DNA from: Nitrospiraceae bacterium
GTDB lineage: Bacteria > Nitrospirota > Nitrospiria > Nitrospirales > Nitrospiraceae
Direction of reading: 5' to 3'
DNA length: 64,000 nucleotides
NCBI GenBank assembly: GCA_035250505.1
Contig: DATFFC010000088.1
Location: 953-64,952, forward strand
The position numbers and the translations under genes are program-made. The notes under the pieces are model-generated. The model had not been told where the DNA came from. It did no database searches and saw only the letters and a list, made by a program, of their open reading frames with translations. Shown here in pieces: positions 25,454-33,668 of this stretch. Position 1 is the stretch's first letter, and each line of letters starts with the position of its first letter.

Positions 25454-26757
25454 TGGATCCTCTGTCCCAGCGCCGTCAGCTCATCGACCGCGCGCGCATA
25501 GGGGACCGGCTGTCTGATTTCCTGCCGCAGAAAAGCGGTAATGTCGTCATGTGCCGCCACCGCCTTGTCCAGTTCTTTGCTTGTCCCGGGTTTATAGGCC
25601 CCGAGCGTGATCAAATCCTCCGACCGCCGATACAGCGCCATCCGCTCAAACACGAGCCGCGCGGCGGCATAATGGGCCGGCGACACCACATCGCGCATCA
25701 CGCGGCTGGTGCTCTGCAGAATATCGACCGCGGGAAAGTGATTGCGGGCCGCCAGCTCGCGAGACAAGACGATGTGGCCGTCTAGAATGGACCGGACGGA
25801 ATCGGCGATGGGATCATTCAAGTCATCGCCATCCACCAAGACCGTGTAGAGGCCGGTAATCGTGCCGGGTCCCTGGCAGGTACCCACCCGCTCCAACAGC
25901 TTCGGCAGGGCCGAGAACACCGATGGGGTATAGCCTTTCGTCGTGGGCGGCTCTCCGATGGCCAGGCCGACCTCACGCTGACTATAGGCAAAGCGCGTCA
26001 AGGAATCCATCATGAGCAGGACATGTTTTCCGCAGTCGCGGAAATATTCGGCGATCGCCGTGGCGATCAGCGCGCCTCGGATGCGCACCAGCGGCGGCTG
26101 ATCCGACGTCGCGACGATGACCACGGAACGGGCCAGCGCTTGGGGGGTCAGATCCCGCTCCAGAAATTCTTTCACTTCGCGACCTCGCTCGCCGACCATG
26201 GCGATCACGTTGACATCGGCTTGCGTGTAGCGGCTGATCATCCCCAGCAAGATGCTCTTCCCGACGCCGGAGCCGGCAAAAAATCCGATCTTCTGACCCA
26301 GTCCACAGGTCAACAAGGCATTGACCGCTCTCACGCCGAGGTCCAACGGCTGTGTAATCCTGGCTCGGTGCAGCGGGTTCGGAGGTGCGGCATGAACGGG
26401 ATACCGGATGGTGTCCTCGAGCGGAGCCAATCCATCCAGCGGTTGGCCGAGTCCATCGAGAATGCGGCCCAACAGCTGGGGCCCGACCGGCACGGATGCC
26501 GCTCGCCCTCGCATGATGAGGCGACTGCCCGGTCCGATACCCTGCATGTCCCCAAGCGGCATCAGCAGCACGCGATCATCCCGAAACCCCACGACTTCGG
26601 CCAGCACGGTGCCGAGTCCGTCTTCACGCGTCACTTCACAGACTTCCCCGACCGACGTAAAGGGGCCGGTCCCTTCAATGACAATGCCGACCGCCTGGGC
26701 CACCCGCCCCGTGATGGCGATCGACTCAATGTCGTCCAGTCGCTCAGTGAGCTTCAT
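25450..26757 (-). CDS. fliI: flagellum-specific ATPase FliI
   Basis: Walker A (GSGVGKS) and Walker B (LLMMDSLTR) motifs are present within an F1/T3SS ATPase fold. I set the start at ATG 26757 (MKLTERL). Confidence 0.95.
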   Translation of the reverse strand: MKLTERLDDIESIAITGRVAQAVGIVIEGTGPFTSVGEVCEVTREDGLGTVLAEVVGFRDDRVLLMPLGDMQGIGPGSRLIMRGRAASVPVGPQLLGRILDGLGQPLDGLAPLEDTIRYPVHAAPPNPLHRARITQPLDLGVRAVNALLTCGLGQKIGFFAGSGVGKSILLGMISRYTQADVNVIAMVGERGREVKEFLERDLTPQALARSVVIVATSDQPPLVRIRGALIATAIAEYFRDCGKHVLLMMDSLTRFAYSQREVGLAIGEPPTTKGYTPSVFSALPKLLERVGTCQGPGTITGLYTVLVDGDDLNDPIADSVRSILDGHIVLSRELAARNHFPAVDILQSTSRVMRDVVSPAHYAAARLVFERMALYRRSEDLITLGAYKPGTSKELDKAVAAHDDITAFLRQEIRQPVPYARAVDELTALGQRIQ

Positions 26758-27802
26758 CGGTATTCCGCCGGCGTAACGCTTCACCGATGCGAAGCAATTG
26801 TGTTTCGAGCGTAGCATCGACCAGACGGCTCGGCGTGTGGATCAGACAGCCGCCGCGCGCGATCGACGCATCCCCCTCGATCTTGATCGTCAATGCCGGC
26901 TCGGCCCGCTCGCACAGCGCCTGGCGCGCCGGTTCCAACAACGGCACATCCAGCGGGTGCACGCAGATCCTGATTGCCCCGCGTTCGGGGACATGCGCGA
27001 ATGCGGCCTGCACTTGGGTTAGAATCAGGTCCGGCCGTTCCGCGACCGCATCGCGCAGGACTTTCTGCGCGATGCCGAATGCCAACGACGCCACGTCCTG
27101 CTCGATCGATTCATGCAATCGGCCCCCGATCGCGTCCAACCGATCGACCACCGTCTTCACCAGTTCTTGCTCTTGGCGGCGAGCCGCGGCCACCCGTTCG
27201 AACGCCAGGCGCTCTCCCTCGGCCAACCCGCGTTGATAGTCCGCCGCCGTCTCCTGGCCGCTCTTGGCTTCCTTCATTCCAAAGTCGGTGAGCGCCATCC
27301 GAGTCAGCCGGAGATTACCCGAGCGGATAATCGCATGCTTGAGCACACTATTCTCTTGCCGCAGCCGATGGAGTTCCATCAGCCTGGTGACCGTGTGCCG
27401 TACCAAGTCGTTTTGAAACGGCTTCGCGAGAAAATCGGACGCGCCTGCCTTCATAGCGCGAACGGCCACATCGATGTTACCGTAGCCGGTGATGACCAAG
27501 CCGAGCATCCCGCCGTCGATTTCCAGCATGCGCTGGAGCAAGGCGATGCCATCCATGTCCGGGAGCTGCACATCGATCATCAAGAGCGCGACAGGATGGC
27601 GCGAGAGGCAGGCCAGCGCCTCGTTGGCGGTTCCGGCCTGAAGAACGTGAAATCCGTCGGCATGAAGCAGGTCGGTCAGAAGGCACCGGACCGCTTCGTC
27701 ATCGTCTACGAGCAGGATGCTTTTCGCCGAGAGTTCCGGCGCCGGCCGCTGCGGCGCCGCCCGAACCGAAGCCGAGCCGGTCGCCGGCAATCCCATTTTC
27801 AT
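26744..27802 (-). CDS. fliH: receiver (REC) domain fused to flagellar export regulator FliH
   Basis: Residues ~28-145 form a CheY-like receiver containing every phosphorylation-pocket residue: LLVDDDE, LLMIDVQLPDMDG, LVITGYG, LAKPF. Residues ~185-345 are FliH-like (YQRGLAEGERLAFER ... IRICVHPLDVPLLEP ... IARGGCLIHTPSRLVDATLETQLLRI). ATGA overlap with the fliG stop, and the fliI ATG (26757) lies inside the 3' end of this ORF. Confidence 0.85.
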   Translation of the reverse strand: MKMGLPATGSASVRAAPQRPAPELSAKSILLVDDDEAVRCLLTDLLHADGFHVLQAGTANEALACLSRHPVALLMIDVQLPDMDGIALLQRMLEIDGGMLGLVITGYGNIDVAVRAMKAGASDFLAKPFQNDLVRHTVTRLMELHRLRQENSVLKHAIIRSGNLRLTRMALTDFGMKEAKSGQETAADYQRGLAEGERLAFERVAAARRQEQELVKTVVDRLDAIGGRLHESIEQDVASLAFGIAQKVLRDAVAERPDLILTQVQAAFAHVPERGAIRICVHPLDVPLLEPARQALCERAEPALTIKIEGDASIARGGCLIHTPSRLVDATLETQLLRIGEALRRRNTDEAH

Positions 27803-28794
27803 AGCATCTGCTCCCCTCCGGCACCGGCCACCACGATTCGTCCTTCCTCTTCCAGCTTGCGACAGACCTTCAGAATGTTCTGCTGCGCCTTTTCGACGTC
27901 CGACACCTTGACGGGCCCGCGGGTCTCCATATCGTCTTTGAGCATCTGGGCGGCGCGACTCGACATGTTCTTGAGAAATTTCTCCTTGACCTCCGGACTG
28001 CTGCCGCGCAGGGCGACCGGCAGATCCTCTTTGCTGATCTCTTTCATCAGTTCCTGAATGCCGCGGTCATCCAACTTGATCAAATCCTCGAACACGAACA
28101 TGAGGGCGCGGATGCTGTCGGCCAAGGCCTGATCCCGTTCTGACAGTTTGGCCATGATGCCCCCTTCGGTGGCTTTGTCCAGGCGGGTCAGAATGTTGGC
28201 CATGAGTTCGGCTCCCCCGACATTCATGCTGGAGCCGGCCGTCGTGGATTGCAGCGACTCCTGCAAACTATCGCTCAGCTCCTGCAAGACTTCAGGCTGG
28301 ACCTCCTGCATGGTCGCCAACCGCAACGCCACATCCGCGCGTAACATTTCCGGCAACGAACCGATCACCACGCTGGCCTGTTCCGCCTCGATATGCGCGA
28401 GACAGACGGCAATGGTTTGAGGATGTTCGACCCGCAGCAACTGCGCAACCATTTTGGCATCGATCCACTTCAGCGCATCGATGCCGGGATAGGTCTTCGT
28501 ATTTAAGGATTCGAGCAGGCGTGTGGCTTTGTCTTGCCCCAAGGCTTTGACCAGAATCGTCTTCATGTATTCTTTGCTCTCGAATTGCACCTCTCCGCTC
28601 GCACTGGCCTTCTCGAACTCATCGATGACGGCGGACTCTTCGTCCTTGGTGATGTGAGCCGTATCCTTCATGTAGGACCCCAACTTGCGGATATCCTTAG
28701 GGTCCAAGGATTTCATCACCTGCGCCGCGGCGTCTTCGCCGATCGCGCGGAGCAGGATGGCGGCCTTTTGTTCACCCGTCAGTTGTTTAGCCAT
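27799..28794 (-). CDS. fliG: flagellar motor switch protein FliG
   Basis: 331 aa. LTGEQKAAILLRAIGEDAAAQVMKSLDPKDIRKL ... MFVFEDLIKLDDRGIQELMKEI ... LRGSSPEVKEKFLKNMSSRAAQMLKDDME. Confidence 0.95.
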   Translation of the reverse strand: MAKQLTGEQKAAILLRAIGEDAAAQVMKSLDPKDIRKLGSYMKDTAHITKDEESAVIDEFEKASASGEVQFESKEYMKTILVKALGQDKATRLLESLNTKTYPGIDALKWIDAKMVAQLLRVEHPQTIAVCLAHIEAEQASVVIGSLPEMLRADVALRLATMQEVQPEVLQELSDSLQESLQSTTAGSSMNVGGAELMANILTRLDKATEGGIMAKLSERDQALADSIRALMFVFEDLIKLDDRGIQELMKEISKEDLPVALRGSSPEVKEKFLKNMSSRAAQMLKDDMETRGPVKVSDVEKAQQNILKVCRKLEEEGRIVVAGAGGEQML

Positions 28795-28854
28795 ATCGTC
28801 GTATTCGGTATTTAGTGAAGCGTCTTTCGTCGTTCGTCAGAGGGGACAGCGGCG

Positions 28855-29016
28855 CCTATGGCTTATGGCGTATGGTGCGAGCGGGAGAATGAAGAGCCTA
28901 TGGCCTATGGCATATAGCACAAGCAATTCGGCGGCTCTTTGTTCGTGCCACAAGCTACACGCTATCCGTTCCAGCTCCTGAGGCTCGTGCTATACGCTAT
29001 ATGCTCTTCGCCATCA
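28855..29016. repeat. dyad-symmetric heptamer-repeat element, copy C (fliF|fliG intergenic)
   Basis: The left blocks are CTATGGC-TTATGGC-GTATGGT and CTATGGC-CTATGGC-ATATAGC. The right blocks are GCCACAA-GCTACAC-GCTATCC and GCTATAC-GCTATAT-GCTCTTC-GCCATCA. Confidence 0.75.
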
Positions 29017-29023
29017 CCTCTTA

Positions 29024-30598
29024 TCAGGCGTTGGTTTTCAGCCACTGCTTGACCACCACCGCTGTGGCGGCAGGGTTGTTTCGCGCCATATCGAGGATCT
29101 GGGCCGGTTGCTTGGCGGCTAACGCCGCCTCGATCTGTCCGACCGACGCGGGAAGCGCGGGGCCATTGTCCATCGCCGGGTTGGCCGGGGCACTGGTGAC
29201 CAGCATGGTCATCAGCGGCCGGACGACGAAGACCAGCAGCAAGACAAAGAGCAGACCGCCGACGGCATAGCGCACATAGGGAAGCCACACCCTCCACGAC
29301 TCGAGCGGGGCCTCCACCGCCGTTCCCGCCTGCTCCTCAGCTCCAAAGCCGAACTGGATATTGACGACTTCGACTTGATCCTGCCGGTCGGATGAATAGC
29401 CCATCGCCTTCTTGACGATCTCTTCGATCCGCTTCATCTCTTCTTCCGAGCGGGGAAGATATTTCTTGACCGCTTCCGCGACGGCGGTCTTTTCCCCTTC
29501 GGCCGCTTTCACGGCTTCATAAGTGCCGTCCACCAAAACGGCCACCGAGAGTTTTTTCACCGTGCCGATCGGCTCAACGATGCGCGACACAGTGCGGCTG
29601 ATTTCATAATTGACCGTTTCATTCTTGGTTTGATTGCTGGTGGAGCTGGTCGGCGTCGCCTCGGCCTCCGATCCGGGCGGCACGTTGGATTCAACGCCGG
29701 GCACGCCTCCGGACGTCCCATTGACACCACTCGCTTTTTCCTGTCCTCGTTGCTCGCTGCGGACTACTTGACCGTTCGGGTCGAACCGTTCCTCCGTCGT
29801 CTCCACTTTGCGAAAGTCCAACTGGCCGGACACACGCACGACCGCCTTGTTGGCCCCGACGATCCGTTCCAACATGGTTTGAATACGGGTCTCGATATCC
29901 TTTTCGACGGTGCGTTGATACTCCAATTGCGATCCGGTCAGGCCGGCCGTCTCATCGGTCGAGGCATTCGACAGCAATTGTCCGTGGCCGTCGACCACCG
30001 TGACATCCCGCGCCTGTAGTCCCTCGACGCTGCTGGAGACGAGATGAATAATGCCTTGAACCTGGGTCTTGCCCAACATCTGGCCGCCGCGGAGAGACAA
30101 GACGACCGAGGCCCTGGCGCGATCCTGCTCGGTCGCGAAGAGCCGGCGTTCCGGCATGGCCAAATGGACGCGAGCCCGCTCGACTTCCGGCATTTGCGCG
30201 ATTGTACGGGCCAGCTCTCCCTGAAGTGCCCGGCGGTAGTTCAGCTTTTGGACGAATTCCGACATGCCCAGGGTCGATCGATCGAAGATCTCAAAACCCA
30301 CGCCGCCGCCATGGGGAAGGCCCTGCCCGGCAAGCTCGAGGCGCAGGTCGTGCACGTGTGCGCTGGGCACCAAAATCGTCGTGCCGCCGCCGGATGTCTC
30401 ATAAGGAACCTTCCCGTCCTTGAGCTTATCGACGATGGCCCCGGCGTCGTCAGCAGCGAGATTGGAAAACAACACCTGCATGTCGGGCTGCTGGGTCCAC
30501 AAACCCACGGCCACGAGCCCGGCAATCGAGCCGGCCAAGGCGACCAGGATGATCATCCGTTGGCTGATGCTGAACTGGCTGAAGTTTGGAAACATCAC
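29024..30598 (-). CDS. fliF: flagellar MS-ring protein FliF
   Basis: 524 aa with N- and C-terminal TM helices. The conserved ring-forming region includes LSEFVQKLNYRRALQGELARTI and RVHLAMPER. Confidence 0.93.
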   Translation of the reverse strand: MMFPNFSQFSISQRMIILVALAGSIAGLVAVGLWTQQPDMQVLFSNLAADDAGAIVDKLKDGKVPYETSGGGTTILVPSAHVHDLRLELAGQGLPHGGGVGFEIFDRSTLGMSEFVQKLNYRRALQGELARTIAQMPEVERARVHLAMPERRLFATEQDRARASVVLSLRGGQMLGKTQVQGIIHLVSSSVEGLQARDVTVVDGHGQLLSNASTDETAGLTGSQLEYQRTVEKDIETRIQTMLERIVGANKAVVRVSGQLDFRKVETTEERFDPNGQVVRSEQRGQEKASGVNGTSGGVPGVESNVPPGSEAEATPTSSTSNQTKNETVNYEISRTVSRIVEPIGTVKKLSVAVLVDGTYEAVKAAEGEKTAVAEAVKKYLPRSEEEMKRIEEIVKKAMGYSSDRQDQVEVVNIQFGFGAEEQAGTAVEAPLESWRVWLPYVRYAVGGLLFVLLLVFVVRPLMTMLVTSAPANPAMDNGPALPASVGQIEAALAAKQPAQILDMARNNPAATAVVVKQWLKTNA

Positions 30599-30635
30599 CG
30601 ATCCAATTCGTTAGGGTGGTCCCGTTTGGGACGGC

Positions 30636-30944
30636 TCAGATCTGCATGCGTTGGATCTCTTCGTACGCCGTCACGAGCTTGTTGCGGATCTGCATCATTA
30701 ACTGGAACGAGATATCGGCCTGCTGAAGCGCGATCATCGCCTGATGAATATTTTGGGATTGGCCGGTTGCGAGGGCCTCCACCGCTTGGCTGGCGCCTTG
30801 CTGAACCTCGTTGATCGACGCAATGGCGTCTCGCAGGGCGCCTTGGAATTCGACGCCTCCTTGCCCTTCGGCAGCAGCCGGGCGAAACGGAGCCGGTTCG
30901 GCAATGGGAGAAAGTGCGGATGAGAGAGGCGCTATCTTATCCAT
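30636..30944 (-). CDS. fliE: flagellar hook-basal body complex protein FliE
   Basis: 102 aa. The C-terminus IHQAMIALQQADISFQLMMQIRNKLVTAYEEIQRMQI is typical of FliE. Confidence 0.88.
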   Translation of the reverse strand: MDKIAPLSSALSPIAEPAPFRPAAAEGQGGVEFQGALRDAIASINEVQQGASQAVEALATGQSQNIHQAMIALQQADISFQLMMQIRNKLVTAYEEIQRMQI

Positions 30945-30959
30945 AGGCGGACCTCCGGA

Positions 30960-31409
30960 TTATCTGCCGATCTCGAGGGCGCGGTTCCACATCGAGCGGG
31001 TGGCATTAATCGCCTGCACGTTCGCTTCGTAGGCCCGGGACGCTCCCATCATATTGACCATCTCTTCCATGACGTTCACGTTCGGCATGGTGACGAAGCC
31101 CTTCTGGTCCGCGTCGGGATGGCGTGGATTGTAAACGACCTGTCCCGGTTTCTGATCTTCGATGACCTTCGAGACTTTGACACCGTCCAAAGCATGGGCG
31201 TGCAGGCCGTTGGCGGCACTGCGGAGGGCCTGTTGGAACGAGCCGGCGGCGGGCGCGGTTTGGAAGACCACATCACGCCGGCGATATGGACCGCCCTCGG
31301 CCGTGCGGGTCGATTGCGCGTTGGCGAGATTGCTGGCGATCACATTCAGCCGGTGTCGTTGCGCATCCAGAGCGGACACGGACACTGCGATACTATCGGT
31401 CATATCCAT
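30960..31409 (-). CDS. flgC: flagellar proximal rod protein FlgC
   Basis: 149 aa from ATG 31409. SALDAQRHRLNVIASNLANAQSTRTAEGGPYRRRDVVF ... VTMPNVNVMEEMVNMMGASRAYEANVQ. Confidence 0.92.
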   Translation of the reverse strand: MDMTDSIAVSVSALDAQRHRLNVIASNLANAQSTRTAEGGPYRRRDVVFQTAPAAGSFQQALRSAANGLHAHALDGVKVSKVIEDQKPGQVVYNPRHPDADQKGFVTMPNVNVMEEMVNMMGASRAYEANVQAINATRSMWNRALEIGR

Positions 31410-31528
31410 GGGTGGTTCTCCTCTCTGTTGGTTCGTCGCTCGCATCTCGTCTCTCGTCGTTCGTATCTCGGAATCGCAAATCTCGTATCTCGCGAGCGAC
31501 GCTTCACGAGTAACGAGCGACGGCTTTT
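31410..31528 (-). repeat. structured repeat-rich spacer between flgB and flgC
   Basis: On the mRNA strand, the 10-bp stem CGTCGCTCGC ... GCGAGCGACG encloses a direct duplication of CGAGATACGA. An additional GTCGCTCG copy is present. The spacer contains ACGAACGACGAGAGACG, which recurs as ACGAACGACGAAAGACG in the fliG leader (28822-28838). Confidence 0.6.
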
Positions 31529-31936
31529 TCATCGCCCTTCCCGAATGGCGCTGAGGATTCCCCTCAATCTCATCGCCATGATGGTTGCCGTTGTGTTGTA
31601 GTGCATGGCGTTGTCCGACATCTTGGCCATTTCCAGTTCAAGATTCACGGTATTGGCGTCGAGAGGCAAGTCCCCGGCGGGGACGTCTTCGACCCGGCCT
31701 ACAACGCGCTGGATCGCATCCCCGTTCACCCCGAAGTGCGCCTGATGGGTGGCGGACAGTGCCACCGGCGGGCGCCCGCGAGTGGCCGAAGCGAGCGCTT
31801 CCGTAAAGTTCAGGTCGGAGGCTCGATAGCGCGGCGTCTCTTCATTCGCGATGTTGGAGGCGATGATGCGCTGCCTGGCGCTGCGCAGATCCAACGTTTT
31901 CTCGAGTAGCCGCATGGTCTTGTCGAAAATGGTCAT
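31529..31936 (-). CDS. flgB: flagellar proximal rod protein FlgB
   Basis: 135 aa from ATG 31936, preceded by a strong GGAGGAG RBS. LDLRSARQRIIASNIANEETPRYRASDL is the FlgB signature. Confidence 0.9.
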   Translation of the reverse strand: MTIFDKTMRLLEKTLDLRSARQRIIASNIANEETPRYRASDLNFTEALASATRGRPPVALSATHQAHFGVNGDAIQRVVGRVEDVPAGDLPLDANTVNLELEMAKMSDNAMHYNTTATIMAMRLRGILSAIREGR

Positions 31937-31976
31937 GCTCTCCTCCTCATCCTCCGGCGATGCACCGGCTGTTTCG

Positions 31977-31992
31977 TGCAATCGACGTACCG
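31977..31992 (-). promoter_or_regulatory. sigma-54 promoter upstream of flgB
   Basis: The minus strand reads CGGTAC-GTCGA-TTGCA (GG-N10-GC). It lies 41 nt upstream of the flgB ATG. Confidence 0.55.
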
Positions 31993-32240
31993 GAGACAGT
32001 TTCGAAGCCGGTGCCGGCACGTCCTATGAGATCGCCCACGGGCGGCGCTAGGAAGAATCTGTCCGGACGCGGCAGTTTTTGCCGGGGAGACTTTCATCAG
32101 GATGTCTAAGACGGCGGCCATCCACGTCATCCAGCGTCTCATTCCTTTCCCGTGCTTCGACTGATCGCGGCGCAATTCCAGCCGGGTCGCCCGTTCCTCT
32201 CCGATGTCTCGGACGTGGGCGGATATGTCGAGCCACGCTC

Positions 32241-33668
32241 TCATGCTTGCTCGGCTCCGACCTGATATCCCATGTCTCGATACTCGCGCAGTTTATTCCG
32301 CAGCGTGCGAATGCTGATGCCGAGCTCTTTGGCTGCGTGGGTCCGGTTGTCTTTGACCCGCGCCAACGTCTTGAAAATCAACTCACGCTCCATCTCCCAC
32401 AGCGATCCATAGGGAGACGCGGCGGGCGACTGGGCGGCCGGCATGACGGATTCCGTTTCTTTCGCGGGGGGCGCGCCTTCGGATAGGATCTGAGGCAGAT
32501 CGATCGTCGCACCGTTGGCCAAGAGCGTCGCCCGCTCGATCACATTTTCCAGTTCGCGGACGTTGCCTTTCCACGGCCTGGCAAGAAGTTCCGTGACGGC
32601 GCCGTCCGACAGAGCGGGGACCGGCAAGCTGTTCCGGTGTGCGGCCGCCTTCACGAAGTGGCGGGCCAGGAGCGGGATGTCGCCGGTCCGTTCGCGAAGC
32701 GGCGGTACCGTAATGGGAAACACGTTCAGGCGATAGAAGAGATCCTCACGAAATCGTCCTTGGGCCACCTCGTGATAGAGAGAGCGGTTGGTGGTCGCAA
32801 TGACCCGAATGTTGACCGGCACCGGTTCCCGCCCGCCGATCCGATCCACCTCCCGTTCCTGGAGCACCCGCAAGAGTTTGGCCTGGAGGCCGAGGTTCAT
32901 CTCACTGATCTCATCGAGAAACAACGTTCCGGTGTGTGCCATCTCAAACTTGCCGAGCTTCTTCTGGACCGCTCCGGTGAAGGCGCCCCGCTCGTGCCCG
33001 AACAGCTCGCTTTCCAAGAGGCTGTCCGGCAACGCAGCGCAATTCAAGGCGACGAACGGCCGGTGGGCGCGCGGGCTCCGGCCATGGATAAAGCGCGCCA
33101 GCAACTCCTTTCCGGTCCCGCTTTCGCCGCTGATCAGTATGGTCGCTTGGCTGGCGGCAACCCCTTCCAACGTGGTGAGCAATCGGATCATGCCGGGATC
33201 TTGCGTGAGAATGGGTCTGGCCTCGGGCGTCGCACGCAGATCTTCATCATCCTCCCCCGCCCTTGCTTGGCGAAGATTGCCGATGATGCGTTCCAGCAGG
33301 TCCGTGGAGAACGGCTTCAAAATATAGTCGTTGGCACCGTATTTCATTGCTTCGACCGCCGTCTCGACCGTCCCATAGGCGGTCATGAGGATGACCAGCG
33401 TAGCCGGCGATTTCTGCTTGATCTCTTTGACAAGATCGAGTCCCCCTAGGCGCGGCATTTTCAGATCGGTGAGCACCAACCACGGTTTCAACCGCTCGAT
33501 CTGCTCGAGCGCATCGACGCCGTCGAGCGCCGTCTTCACGTCATGTCCCATCCGTCGTACCGTTTCCGACAATGCGGCGCGCATGGACGGCTCGTCATCC
33601 ACCACCAGCACGAGGCGGGTATCTTCTTGCGCGTGAAGGTCGCCGTGAACCGGTTGCTGGACGCTCAT
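32241..33668 (-). CDS. sigma-54-dependent response regulator (FlrC/FleR-like)
   Basis: It combines a REC domain (LVVDDEPS, LVLTDLKMPRLGG, KPF), an AAA+ domain with the GAFTGA loop (GHERGAFTGA) and Walker A (GESGTGKE), and a C-terminal Fis-type HTH. It overlaps the upstream kinase gene. Confidence 0.88.
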   Translation of the reverse strand: MSVQQPVHGDLHAQEDTRLVLVVDDEPSMRAALSETVRRMGHDVKTALDGVDALEQIERLKPWLVLTDLKMPRLGGLDLVKEIKQKSPATLVILMTAYGTVETAVEAMKYGANDYILKPFSTDLLERIIGNLRQARAGEDDEDLRATPEARPILTQDPGMIRLLTTLEGVAASQATILISGESGTGKELLARFIHGRSPRAHRPFVALNCAALPDSLLESELFGHERGAFTGAVQKKLGKFEMAHTGTLFLDEISEMNLGLQAKLLRVLQEREVDRIGGREPVPVNIRVIATTNRSLYHEVAQGRFREDLFYRLNVFPITVPPLRERTGDIPLLARHFVKAAAHRNSLPVPALSDGAVTELLARPWKGNVRELENVIERATLLANGATIDLPQILSEGAPPAKETESVMPAAQSPAASPYGSLWEMERELIFKTLARVKDNRTHAAKELGISIRTLRNKLREYRDMGYQVGAEQA

